From an uncultured Gammaproteobacteria bacterium (GTDB taxonomy: Bacteria > Pseudomonadota > Gammaproteobacteria > Xanthomonadales > SZUA-38): a DNA stretch of 64,000 nt. Within the stretch, counting starts at the first letter, position 1. Each line of letters opens with the position of its first letter. The stretch lies in the NCBI GenBank assembly GCA_964559945.1, contig CAZLJY010000002.1, positions 7,856 to 71,855 of the forward strand, read 5' to 3'. This document shows, in pieces, positions 1 through 8,587 of this stretch. The notes beneath the pieces were generated by a model, which was not told the origin of the DNA, ran no database searches, and saw only the letters and a list, made by a program, of their open reading frames with translations. The position numbers and the translations under genes were made by a program.

Positions 1-648
1 GATGATTTTTATTTGAGTTCCCAGGAACGCACCGAGCTGGCCCAAGACATTCATCCACTGCTAAAGACTCGTGGGGTACCGGGCACTCACAATGTGGCTG
101 ACGCCCTGCGCACCCTGGTGGACTTAAAGACGCTTGAGCCTGAGCAGACTTTAGCCATTCCACGCTTTGATAAAGCCACCGACGAGCCGCAAGCAGAAAG
201 CCTATGGCCGCTGGTGGTGGGTCCGGTTGATGTCATTATCGTTGAAGGTTGGTGTGTTGCCAGTCAACCACAATCACCTGCCCAATTGCTTCAGCCGGTC
301 AATGAGTTGGAACTAAAAGATGACCCTGAAGGACTTTGGCGCTCCTTCGTTAATCGCCAGCTCAAGTACCGCTACAGCGATCTTTTTGCGCATTTAGATC
401 GACTCGTGGTTCTTTCTGCACCTAATTTTCAATGCGTTACCCAATGGCGCCAAAAGCAAGAACAGAAACTACGACAACGCTCGCCCGATGATTCACCAGG
501 GTTAATGGATTCCGCTCAGATAAGGCGCTTTGTGCAGCACTACCAGCGGCTCACCCAACACAACCTTGAGGTTCTTCCAAACATCGCGGATGTCCACGTC
601 ATGTTTGACCAGCACCATCAATGTAGCCACATCAGTTTCAGGGAGTAA
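1..648 (+). CDS. P-loop kinase, C-terminal part (COG4240 / glycerate-3-kinase-like); the 5' end lies outside the window
   Basis: Frame 1 is open from base 1 (DDFYLSSQERTEL...). The ORF-track start at 13 is only a TTG inside that open frame. The DDFYL and VDVIIVEGWCV motifs resemble uridine-kinase-like P-loop kinases. The stop is at 646-648. Confidence 0.5.
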   Translation, partial: DDFYLSSQERTELAQDIHPLLKTRGVPGTHNVADALRTLVDLKTLEPEQTLAIPRFDKATDEPQAESLWPLVVGPVDVIIVEGWCVASQPQSPAQLLQPVNELELKDDPEGLWRSFVNRQLKYRYSDLFAHLDRLVVLSAPNFQCVTQWRQKQEQKLRQRSPDDSPGLMDSAQIRRFVQHYQRLTQHNLEVLPNIADVHVMFDQHHQCSHISFRE

Positions 649-650
649 TC

Positions 651-1055
651 ATGTCTCAGCCGGTCACCGTTACTGAACAGACGAATCACAAATACACCAA
701 TAACATCAGCAATGGGCGCCATCGCATGATTGCTGATGAGCCTGAAGAACTGGGCGGCGCTGATCTTGGCCCAACGCCCTTTGAGTATCTCTGCGCAGCG
801 TTAGGATCGTGTACAACGATCACCATGAGAATGTATGTGGATCGCAAAGGCTGGTCGGTGGACCAGCTAGCCGCTGTGGTCAGCCATAGCAAACAGGAGG
901 TGTCTGGTCAGATGACCGATGTGTTTGAACGCCACCTGACCATTACCGGCAATATCAGCGATGAACAACGTCAACGGATAATGACCATTGCCAATAAGTG
1001 CCCGGTTCACCGGACTCTTGAAGCAAGCAGCCATGTCGTTACACAGCTGCGCTAA
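651..1055 (+). CDS. OsmC/Ohr-family protein (OsmC-like peroxiredoxin fold)
   Basis: 134 aa. It has GGADLGPTPFEYLCAALGSCTTITMRMY and a C-terminal KCPVHRTL, the two-cysteine pattern typical of OsmC/YhfA-type proteins. It starts 2 nt after the upstream stop. Confidence 0.8.
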   Translation: MSQPVTVTEQTNHKYTNNISNGRHRMIADEPEELGGADLGPTPFEYLCAALGSCTTITMRMYVDRKGWSVDQLAAVVSHSKQEVSGQMTDVFERHLTITGNISDEQRQRIMTIANKCPVHRTLEASSHVVTQLR

Positions 1056-1130
1056 AGGGAATCCAAGGACTGATATGCTAACTGGGAATCTTGGCTTTCT
1101 GGGCGCCCAATGTTGGCGGCGACAGCGAAA

Positions 1131-1709
1131 CTAAAGGGGCATCGATTCGTAGGTAGGAAATGTTGGCCTATTTTTTCGGTTGGGCCGTGAGCAGGTTTGA
1201 TACCGCAAGTGGGTTCCCGTTCCTTTTGACTGCTTACACTCAATGCCATAGGCGTCCGCGCCATATAAGTCATCAAGCCTTTTCGCCAGCGCTTGCCCAG
1301 TCTCACGCCACGCATCTGGCGCCGCTGCCGTTAATTTATCAACCTCCGCCTTCCAGTTAGGATTTTTGCTGTGATTGGAAACCAGCAACCACGCATAACC
1401 CCAATGGGACTCACCTTCTCTGGCATGCCCCTCTAGAATCAACATGCCCAGCAGAAATTGCGAACGTGTATGGCCCCAGCGCGCCGCCTGGCTTAGGTGA
1501 TCGAATGCCTTATCCCACTTTTTCGCACGATAGGCGGTATGACCGCGGTCAGCGTGAGCTCGATACTCTCTCACGGTTACTGAGCCAGTCATGGCTTCGG
1601 TTGATACCAACTCCGCCGCCATCAGGAATAGAAAATATACTGCAACCATTATTTTAGGGATATTTATCAACAACGAGATAAACCCTATTTTGCCAGAAAT
1701 ATTCGGCAA
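1131..1709 (-). CDS. Hypothetical exported protein with Sel1-like repeat features
   Basis: The N-terminus is hydrophobic (MVAVYFLFLMAAELVS), so an alternative start at 1649 is possible. AARWGHTRSQFLLGMLILEGHA resembles a Sel1/SLR repeat. There are no other recognisable motifs. Confidence 0.4.
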   Translation of the reverse strand: MPNISGKIGFISLLINIPKIMVAVYFLFLMAAELVSTEAMTGSVTVREYRAHADRGHTAYRAKKWDKAFDHLSQAARWGHTRSQFLLGMLILEGHAREGESHWGYAWLLVSNHSKNPNWKAEVDKLTAAAPDAWRETGQALAKRLDDLYGADAYGIECKQSKGTGTHLRYQTCSRPNRKNRPTFPTYESMPL

Positions 1710-1865
1710 ACGCCCAAAATATTCAGATCACACAGCGCAGAAACCAGCCATCTCCTCCGCAAGGTTTGCAGCAACGTAGGGCGCGAGATGTTACGAAATT
1801 CATTAAGAACGGGAGTTTGTGGATGAGATTTATACTCCGTCCAACCACCCTAAACTACTGTGAGA

Positions 1866-1952
<87 letters not shown>

Positions 1953-2160
1953 AGGCTGCGGCTCGGGTGAGCCGACGGAGGCGGGACTTTATCGGCCCCC
2001 GTGTCGATTGTCAATCCGTCTATGGGTTTAGCTTAAGTTCTTAGTACAACGACCTCCGCGAGCTCTCGATGGGCTGATCTTGAGCGCCATCATTTAGCAG
2101 AACGTTTCTAACCCACAACCATCAACTGCCCACACCTAAACCTTGTGTTTTCTCTGGGCA

Positions 2161-2192
2161 AAATAAAAGGCGGCTGAGTTTCCTCAGCCGCC
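2161..2192 (-). terminator. Rho-independent terminator downstream of the lipoprotein gene
   Basis: A 10-bp stem pairs GGCGGCTGAG (2169-2178) with CTCAGCCGCC (2183-2192) around the loop TTTC. On the minus strand it is followed by TTTTATTT. Confidence 0.65.
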
Positions 2193-2258
2193 TAAATTCC
2201 CGGATTCCAATGCTACGACACCTGCCGCGCATTGATTGTCCCAACTAACAATCCATTG

Positions 2259-3398
2259 TTAGATATTGATTTTGAGTGCTTTTACAACGTCCATGGCAAT
2301 GTAATTGCTGCCAGCGGGAAGTCGTTTGGCGTTGGCGTAAGCCTTAGCCGCAGTCAAGGTTTGTGAACCCATGATGCCATCGATTGGGCCTTTGTAATGG
2401 CCTGCCGTCGCCAACGCACGCTGCAGCGCGGTAACGTTAGACTTGGTCATGTTGACTTCACATAGAACGCTTTCCCACTCCAAGTAGCTGTCCGTCACTT
2501 TTTCTGTCTTGGTAACGTTGGCGTACTCAGCAGGAATATCGATGCGGGTTTCCTGTGCTGGGCGAACCATCTTGGTCACATCGACCATGGCGTACTCAGC
2601 AGGAATGGTGACCGTGCGAGTGCTCGCTGGGGTCTTAACCACACGACGGGTAACCGTCTTGTACTCAGCCGGAATTTTGACTTCCCGGGTTGACGCTGGG
2701 CGATCCAATACGGTGCGAGAAACGGTCTTGTAGGTGGCAGGCACCTCAACCAGACACATGATCTCACCGGTTTCAGAGGATTGCTCAGCCAACACGTTAC
2801 CGGAATGGCCTGATGCTGGGCCACGCTTCCACAAGGTGTGAGCTGGCTTTTCCAGTACACGCTCGGTCACCGTCTTATAGGTGGCAGGTACTTCCTCGAG
2901 TCGAGAAGATGCAGGTCGAACCAAAACGCGCTCTTCCACAGTTCCGTAGACCGCAGGAACCACTTCCAGTCGCGAACTGGCTTCTTTCACCAACACTCGC
3001 TCCTGAGCATTTTCAAACCGAGCCGGGCTCACTTCGATACGCTGTGATTTTTCTTTCTTCAATACACGTTCTGAAGTGGTCTTGTATGTGGCTGGGGTCA
3101 AAATCCGAGCATAACATTCACCGACTTTCGGGTTAGGTGGGAACAAGCTGCTTTCGCCTGCTCCTGCCATCGCCTTAGCGGGTGCTGCTGATGATGATGC
3201 TGACATTTCCCGAGCCTTCATCAGCTCTTTGTCTTTTCGATTCAACTGGGTTTTCAGGTTAGCGATTTCCCGCTCAGCCTGTTGCAATTCGCTAGAATTT
3301 CGCGGCGCGCTTGCAGTTGAAGATTTTTCGGTTACCCCTGTGCAACCTGTTGCCAGGGCTGCGGTCATAGCTAGTGCTGACCATTTAATCATTTTCAT
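2259..3398 (-). CDS. Lipoprotein with eight short PAxYKTV-type repeats and a C-terminal peptidoglycan-binding (PG_binding_1-like) domain
   Basis: I prefer the ATG at 3398 because GGAG lies 7 nt upstream. This gives MKMIKWSALAMTAALATGC, a lipobox. A coiled-coil segment follows, then about 8 repeats such as EVPATYKTVTERVLEKPA. The C-terminus LQRALATAGHYKGPIDGIMGSQTLTAAKAY is typical of PG-binding domain 1. The ORF-track start at 3458 adds 20 non-signal residues. Confidence 0.7.
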   Translation of the reverse strand: MKMIKWSALAMTAALATGCTGVTEKSSTASAPRNSSELQQAEREIANLKTQLNRKDKELMKAREMSASSSAAPAKAMAGAGESSLFPPNPKVGECYARILTPATYKTTSERVLKKEKSQRIEVSPARFENAQERVLVKEASSRLEVVPAVYGTVEERVLVRPASSRLEEVPATYKTVTERVLEKPAHTLWKRGPASGHSGNVLAEQSSETGEIMCLVEVPATYKTVSRTVLDRPASTREVKIPAEYKTVTRRVVKTPASTRTVTIPAEYAMVDVTKMVRPAQETRIDIPAEYANVTKTEKVTDSYLEWESVLCEVNMTKSNVTALQRALATAGHYKGPIDGIMGSQTLTAAKAYANAKRLPAGSNYIAMDVVKALKINI

Positions 3399-3556
3399 AG
3401 TGCTTCTCCGTTGATGCCAAAAGAGGTCAGCGACCCACCCGCTTAGATCCGGGGCCAATTAGGTAAGCCGCGACCTCGATGCGAATTATAGAAGTGAGGT
3501 CACTGGCGACTTTAACGAATGCAACGCTTGTTTACAATTTAGCTGAAAGATACTGC

Positions 3557-3587
3557 TATAGCGGAAAAGTGGGAGCTTTCCGCTATA
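3557..3587 (-). terminator. Hairpin overlapping the Hpt stop codon (possible weak terminator)
   Basis: A perfect 11-bp stem pairs TATAGCGGAAA (3557-3567) with TTTCCGCTATA (3577-3587) around a 9-nt loop. The downstream minus-strand tail (GCAGTATCTTTC) is only weakly T-rich. Confidence 0.35.
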
Positions 3588-3939
3588 AAAAACGATTGGG
3601 GAAACGCATCAACTTGGTTACTCGCTCCAATCGCCGGCGGGTTACACTCGACAGTCGCACAGGCCCAGTCTCCGCCAGAACCTCATCAAGCTCTGCCTGT
3701 AGTGAGTCAAATTCACGATATAACTCGGTGAGATCATACAAACCTGAGCTGCCCCGCAATTGATGAACCTCGGTGCGTAGCTGTTGCATGGCCTGACGAT
3801 CTGGAGGCTCAGCGAGACATTTCTGTGTCCAATCCTCAATATCGATCAGCCGTTTAGCGAAGCTATCAACAAACTGGCGTTTAAGGCGTGCGATATGTGC
3901 TTCGGTGGCCGGTTTTAAGTTGCGGCGACTGTCTGTCAT
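3583..3939 (-). CDS. Stand-alone Hpt (histidine phosphotransfer) protein
   Basis: 118 aa. EVHQLRGSSGLYDLTEL matches the Hpt signature H-x-L-K/R-G-S-(S/A). The start overlaps the upstream kinase stop by 4 nt (ATGA). Confidence 0.7.
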   Translation of the reverse strand: MTDSRRNLKPATEAHIARLKRQFVDSFAKRLIDIEDWTQKCLAEPPDRQAMQQLRTEVHQLRGSSGLYDLTELYREFDSLQAELDEVLAETGPVRLSSVTRRRLERVTKLMRFPNRFL

Positions 3940-5462
3940 GGCGATTCCTGCAACGCGGTAGCGGCCTTTTCTACCAGCCCCGCCAATTCCTGAAGTTCAA
4001 AAGGTTTGCTGATGAACCCTATGCAGCCAGCAGCGCGGGTTCGCTCGAGAGTCTGGGCATCGGCAGCGGCAGACATAGCAAAAACACTAAGATTGGGTAA
4101 ACGACGTCTAAGCTCTTCAACCACTTGTAAACCATCGCTGCCATAGAGATCCAAATCGATCAGCGCAACATTGGGAACCAGGCCACCATCCAATTGTTGC
4201 TCGGTTTCGGATTGGCTTCGACAAAGGGTAACCTGATGGCCCGCGTCGGTCAGGGACAGGCGCAGCACTGCGCCAATATTTGGATCATCATCGACTACCA
4301 ATACCTTGGCGATAAAATGACTACACTGTTTTTTGTGATTGTTTACTTTCGGCTCGTCGTCCAGCTTGGCTAGGGGAAGCCTTAGGGTAAAGGTCGAACC
4401 CTGACCGGCCTGACTGGTCACATCGAGAATTCCACCCATGGCATCTGCTAGTTGTCGACTGATGGCCAACCCCAACCCAGCGCCAGGTCGTCCTGCCATA
4501 TCCTCACCACGCTCAAACGGCTTGAATATTCGTTCAATGTCAGACGCTGATATGCCGCAGCCAGTATCAACCACATCAATGACCAACCACTGATCGGCCT
4601 GTTGCCAGCGTAAATCAACACCGCCTGAGGACGTATGGCGAATAGCATTGGTCAATAAATTAATCAGAATCTGACGACAGCGGATGGGATCAATGACGAC
4701 ATCACCCACCGTGTCAGTGGGACCAGAGAGCGTCAGGGACAATTGCTGTTTGTCTGCCAGAGGTTTGACCTGCGCAATCACGCCAGCAAAAAATCCATCC
4801 GGTGCAACCTGCTCCAAATTCACCGCGATGGGCCCGCTATCCGATGACCCATGTTCCAAAAGATTGTCTACCAACGACAACAAATAAACGGCGGATTCCC
4901 GAATCCCCGACAAACCTTCTTCGTCTGTGGCTACGCCGGAACTCATCAAGTCAGCGAAACCCATCACAGAGGTCAGAGGCGTACGAAATTCGTGGGACAT
5001 ACCCGCGATAAAGCGGCTTTTTGCTTCACTAGCGGATTCGGCTTCAGTCCTGGCCAAATCCAGAGCGACGGTCAATTTTTCCAAGCGCCGATTTAGCAAA
5101 GCAATTTCATGGGCCTGCTGCTGGGTCTCGCGGGTTTCCGCGTGCTGCTCGTTGACGTCGACCAATAACACCTCAAATCCATCGCAAGATTCAAACAGAT
5201 GCACGTCAACGATAGCGCCGCCATCTAAGTTGACCACGGGAAAAGCAATGGGTGCGATTTCCTGCGCGCCAATCAGACAAGGCAGCTGATCGGTAAGGTG
5301 TAACCCCGGTTTGATCTGGTTTAACAGCGGCGAACCAAAACAGCGACGCACCATAAATTCGAAATCGGTTTCAATCCACTGAGGGGCATGAGCATGGGTA
5401 AGCACGTCGAACACCCGCTCGCGGATGTCCGGAGGCAACTGGGCACTAGTGGCAAGATTCAT
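3936..5462 (-). CDS. Soluble hybrid sensor histidine kinase (novel N-terminal domain, then HisKA, HATPase_c and REC)
   Basis: The H-box is SHEFRTPLTSVMGF. The N/G boxes are LLTNAIRHT, DTGCGI and GAGLGLAISRQLADAMGG. The C-terminal receiver is VLVVDDDP...ALIDLDLYGSDG...SKPF. No TM segment is visible. Confidence 0.9.
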   Translation of the reverse strand: MNLATSAQLPPDIRERVFDVLTHAHAPQWIETDFEFMVRRCFGSPLLNQIKPGLHLTDQLPCLIGAQEIAPIAFPVVNLDGGAIVDVHLFESCDGFEVLLVDVNEQHAETRETQQQAHEIALLNRRLEKLTVALDLARTEAESASEAKSRFIAGMSHEFRTPLTSVMGFADLMSSGVATDEEGLSGIRESAVYLLSLVDNLLEHGSSDSGPIAVNLEQVAPDGFFAGVIAQVKPLADKQQLSLTLSGPTDTVGDVVIDPIRCRQILINLLTNAIRHTSSGGVDLRWQQADQWLVIDVVDTGCGISASDIERIFKPFERGEDMAGRPGAGLGLAISRQLADAMGGILDVTSQAGQGSTFTLRLPLAKLDDEPKVNNHKKQCSHFIAKVLVVDDDPNIGAVLRLSLTDAGHQVTLCRSQSETEQQLDGGLVPNVALIDLDLYGSDGLQVVEELRRRLPNLSVFAMSAAADAQTLERTRAAGCIGFISKPFELQELAGLVEKAATALQESP

Positions 5463-5971
5463 TCGTCCGCCGGCAATCCCACCAGCTCGCGCGCCAAACG
5501 GATCAGCGCTTGGTCCACGTTCTGACCGGTTTTAGCGCTGGTGGTAAATACGTTCCAGCCATTGTCGGTTAACTGCTTCAAATTCATGTCATCAACTTCG
5601 CGCTCGCGTTTCAGATCAAGCTTATTAGCGAGCAGGCACAATGGCACCGCTCCGAAGCGACTGGCAACTTCTCGCTGAAGTTTCTTTGCAGTTGTTAACG
5701 TCTCAGCGCGAGTTAAATCACAAACCAGCACGATGCCTGATGCGCCGCGAACATAATTGGTGCGAAGCGCGTCCATTTCGTCCGCGCCGGCTATATCCCA
5801 TAGGATCAGCTTGGCGTCAGTGCCCTCCGGTAACGTCACCACTTTGGTGTCGATCTTGACACCCACGGTGGTCAGATACCGTTCGGAAAACGCCTGATCA
5901 ACGAAGCGCCGGACCAAACTGGTTTTACCCACCGAAAAATCGCCTAGTACACAGATCTTAAAGCTCTTCAC
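5459..5971 (-). CDS. Ras/Rab-like small GTPase
   Basis: 170 aa. The motifs are G1 GDFSVGKT, G2 YLTTVG, G3 WDIAGADE, G4 NKLD and G5 TSAK. The stop overlaps the kinase start by 4 nt. Confidence 0.88.
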   Translation of the reverse strand: MKSFKICVLGDFSVGKTSLVRRFVDQAFSERYLTTVGVKIDTKVVTLPEGTDAKLILWDIAGADEMDALRTNYVRGASGIVLVCDLTRAETLTTAKKLQREVASRFGAVPLCLLANKLDLKREREVDDMNLKQLTDNGWNVFTTSAKTGQNVDQALIRLARELVGLPADE

Positions 5972-5975
5972 GGGA

Positions 5976-7328
5976 TTACTCGTCGATAGGTGTTAGCGTT
6001 GCAGAGGGCCGAATCAAGCGGTTGGTATCCACTTGGACGTTGAGCCCAGAAAATTCAAGATGTGCGGCAAGCTTCTGGTACCAGTCGCTGTCTGTTTCAC
6101 CTGAAATGACTACGCGATCTCCCTGCAAGAAAAAAGAGACCCCCTCTGGCACCGGCGCCAAGGCCGCCTTCAATCGACGCAGCTCCATTCTTGGTAGCGC
6201 CGAGACAAAGGGCGTAGACCTAAACAAGACTTCATCGGCTTCAAAGCCCACATCGCTAACAAGGGACTGCAAATTGTCAGAAAATGGGTCCTGCAGTACC
6301 TCAATGGTTGCTGGCGATGCATCTTGTTCGGCGTTAACCCACACCACACCAGGGGTGGCGCGAATTGCCGCTTCCAGCGCCTGCCAACGCTGAGAATACT
6401 CGTAACTTCGCCAACCCCACCAAACAATAGCCGCTAGCAATGCCAGCAGGAGGAAAACCAGCACGCCTTTTACCACCGCACTAGGCTCAGATTTTTCCTC
6501 AGTGGCAGCAACATCGCTTTGTTGGATTACCGCCTGCATTTTGTTGAGCAACTCCGGTGGTGTGGAGTCAGTACCGTCAAAGTTGTTTAGAAAAGTGCCA
6601 TGCTGTTGATGCATGCTGGCCAGGTGATCGCGCAGGGTGATGCGAAGACTTAATGGAGGCTCACCGTCTAACACCAAGGCTAAACGCGCTCTTGGTCCTG
6701 TTAGCACCCAAAGTACCTGGCCGCCGAGTTCGGCGCTGGACAGCTCACCGTCACTGTCGCCAGTAGAATCGGCAACGAAATCCTGCACTGCCGTCAACAT
6801 GGCGGCAACCGCGTCCCGGTCCATTGCATCGGCAGCGGTTTCATCGCCAACGTGGGAGATCAGTAAGCCGTTTTCGTTATTAATTAACAGCGCTTCAGTG
6901 ACCCGGTAGCTAAGGGTATGGCGGAGCACCACTTCTCGAAAAGGCACACCCGTTCGCCAGGATTCCATGCGCCACTTGATATTGTCGGCGCTGATACCGC
7001 CAGTGAGACCCTTATTCAGCCCTTCCAACGCCGCGCGTAGTGCTTCAGAAATTGATCGACGAATTGCAGGACCCATAACCGGAAACAAAATCCCCGCAAG
7101 GTCGTCCGGATTTTCCGTCACCGACTCTTTTAATGCCCGAGCAACGGGCTTGCGCATAGCATCGGCTAGGTCATTGCCATCGGTGAGCTGACGGATGGCA
7201 TCGGGTAACACTTCAGCGACGTCTGGCAGACGCTGCTGTTTTTGTCCAACGCGCTCAGCGTATTCTTTGGCCGCCGATTGGTCGGCTTCGATGCCCAGAA
7301 GTTCTCGCAGGCGATGAACGTTGGACAT
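5976..7328 (-). CDS. Single-TM protein: cytoplasmic region with a possible Roadblock/LC7-like segment, periplasmic BON-like modules
   Basis: 450 aa. The TM segment is GVLVFLLLALLAAIVWWGW. The segment EALLINNENGLLISHVGDE...DAVAAMLTAVQDFV...GQVLWVLTGPRARLALVL has a Roadblock-like pattern, but this is an inference only. The C-terminal GVSFFLQGDRVVISGETDSDWYQKLAAHLEFSGLNVQVDTNRL is BON-like. Confidence 0.6.
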   Translation of the reverse strand: MSNVHRLRELLGIEADQSAAKEYAERVGQKQQRLPDVAEVLPDAIRQLTDGNDLADAMRKPVARALKESVTENPDDLAGILFPVMGPAIRRSISEALRAALEGLNKGLTGGISADNIKWRMESWRTGVPFREVVLRHTLSYRVTEALLINNENGLLISHVGDETAADAMDRDAVAAMLTAVQDFVADSTGDSDGELSSAELGGQVLWVLTGPRARLALVLDGEPPLSLRITLRDHLASMHQQHGTFLNNFDGTDSTPPELLNKMQAVIQQSDVAATEEKSEPSAVVKGVLVFLLLALLAAIVWWGWRSYEYSQRWQALEAAIRATPGVVWVNAEQDASPATIEVLQDPFSDNLQSLVSDVGFEADEVLFRSTPFVSALPRMELRRLKAALAPVPEGVSFFLQGDRVVISGETDSDWYQKLAAHLEFSGLNVQVDTNRLIRPSATLTPIDE

Positions 7329-7334
7329 GCGTCC

Positions 7335-7868
7335 TTACCGGTTTTTTCCGCGAGCAGGCGGGGTTTCGAGCTTACCTGCAAGTCCAGTTAGGAGTTTAGC
7401 CAACTCTGTGCGGCTGACGCTGTTTTGAGTAAGCCGAGAATCGACTTCATCCAACGCCTGTCCAATGGCATCACGATTGGCGTTGATCTGCTGGGTCAAC
7501 GTGGTTTTTAGTGCATCCAGCGCACCGGCAAGCTCAGTGGACTGTTGCTGGGAACTGGCTTCCAGGCTATCCAGTTGACGGGTTAACTCAGCGGCCTGAT
7601 TCTGGATTAATCCATCCAGGGACTCATACCCATCACGTCTTTGAGCCTCCTCAGCTTTTAGCTGTTTTCTGACCCCTTCTAGATGATCGTTGAGAGTGTC
7701 TAAGCGCTTGTTAAAGGAGGCATTGATTTTATTCTGCGCCTGTTCAAGCTTTCGCTCCAAAAGCGCAAACCGCTGCTCGTAATCCTTGATATGACCGCCA
7801 AACAGAATGTCCCGAATCTGCTCGACGTTGTCGGCGGCTGGAATAACCTCTTGTTGTTTTTTCGCCAT
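7335..7868 (-). CDS. Coiled-coil protein of unknown function
   Basis: 177 aa. It is rich in Q, E, L and A in heptad-like runs (LERKLEQAQNKINASFNKRLDTLNDHLEGVRKQLKAEEAQ...). It lies 6 nt upstream of the next gene. Confidence 0.65.
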   Translation of the reverse strand: MAKKQQEVIPAADNVEQIRDILFGGHIKDYEQRFALLERKLEQAQNKINASFNKRLDTLNDHLEGVRKQLKAEEAQRRDGYESLDGLIQNQAAELTRQLDSLEASSQQQSTELAGALDALKTTLTQQINANRDAIGQALDEVDSRLTQNSVSRTELAKLLTGLAGKLETPPARGKNR

Positions 7869-7906
7869 GCCTGCTTGTGTCCTAAGTCCTTGATGCCATC
7901 ACTATT

Positions 7907-8587
7907 TTACACACGCTGGAGTCGATAACCCTGCTGATAGATGCTACGCAACTCCCAACCTTGATCTTTCGTCCATCCCAATTTTTTCCTAAGCCTACTG
8001 GCATGGGTATCCACCGTTCGGGTTTCCACTGCGGTGCTCAGACCCCAGACCTCAAACATGATGCGTTCCCGAGTCACCACCACATTAAGGTTTTCTACCA
8101 GCGTGATAGCCATTTGAAATTCTCTACGAGTGAGAGCAACATTTTCCCCACCAACCGTAACCTTCTCACTGCGCCGGTCGAACTCATGCTCCCCTTCGCG
8201 CACCAACCACGCAGGCCCTTTGCTGCCGGTGCGTCGGACCAATGCATTGGTCCGCGCCATAAGCACAGTGCGGTCGAACGGTTTTGTGAGATAGTCATCG
8301 GCGCCGCTGTCCAGAGCCTCTACCAGGTCGGCATTGGCGTCACGGCCGGTTAGAAACAACACAGGCAACTGGGATTGCTGACTGTCGCGGATCCATTTAA
8401 GAACCCCAAGCCCCTGGACGTCTGGCAGCTCCCAATCCAGGATTGCTAGCCGGTAGTCGCGATGCAGAAACCCATTAACGAAGGATTTTGAGGTGGCAAA
8501 CAGGTCCACCTCAAATCCGGCGTCCTCAAGCCAGGCTTTCACCAGTTCTCCCTGGTGCTGATCATCCTCAAGGTACGCTATTAACAT
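7907..8587 (-). CDS. OmpR/PhoB-family DNA-binding response regulator
   Basis: The receiver is MLIAYLEDDQ...LAILDWELPD...LTKPF. The winged-helix region is LTRREFQMAITLVEN...VDTHASRLRKKL...GYRL. Confidence 0.9.
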   Translation of the reverse strand: MLIAYLEDDQHQGELVKAWLEDAGFEVDLFATSKSFVNGFLHRDYRLAILDWELPDVQGLGVLKWIRDSQQSQLPVLFLTGRDANADLVEALDSGADDYLTKPFDRTVLMARTNALVRRTGSKGPAWLVREGEHEFDRRSEKVTVGGENVALTRREFQMAITLVENLNVVVTRERIMFEVWGLSTAVETRTVDTHASRLRKKLGWTKDQGWELRSIYQQGYRLQRV

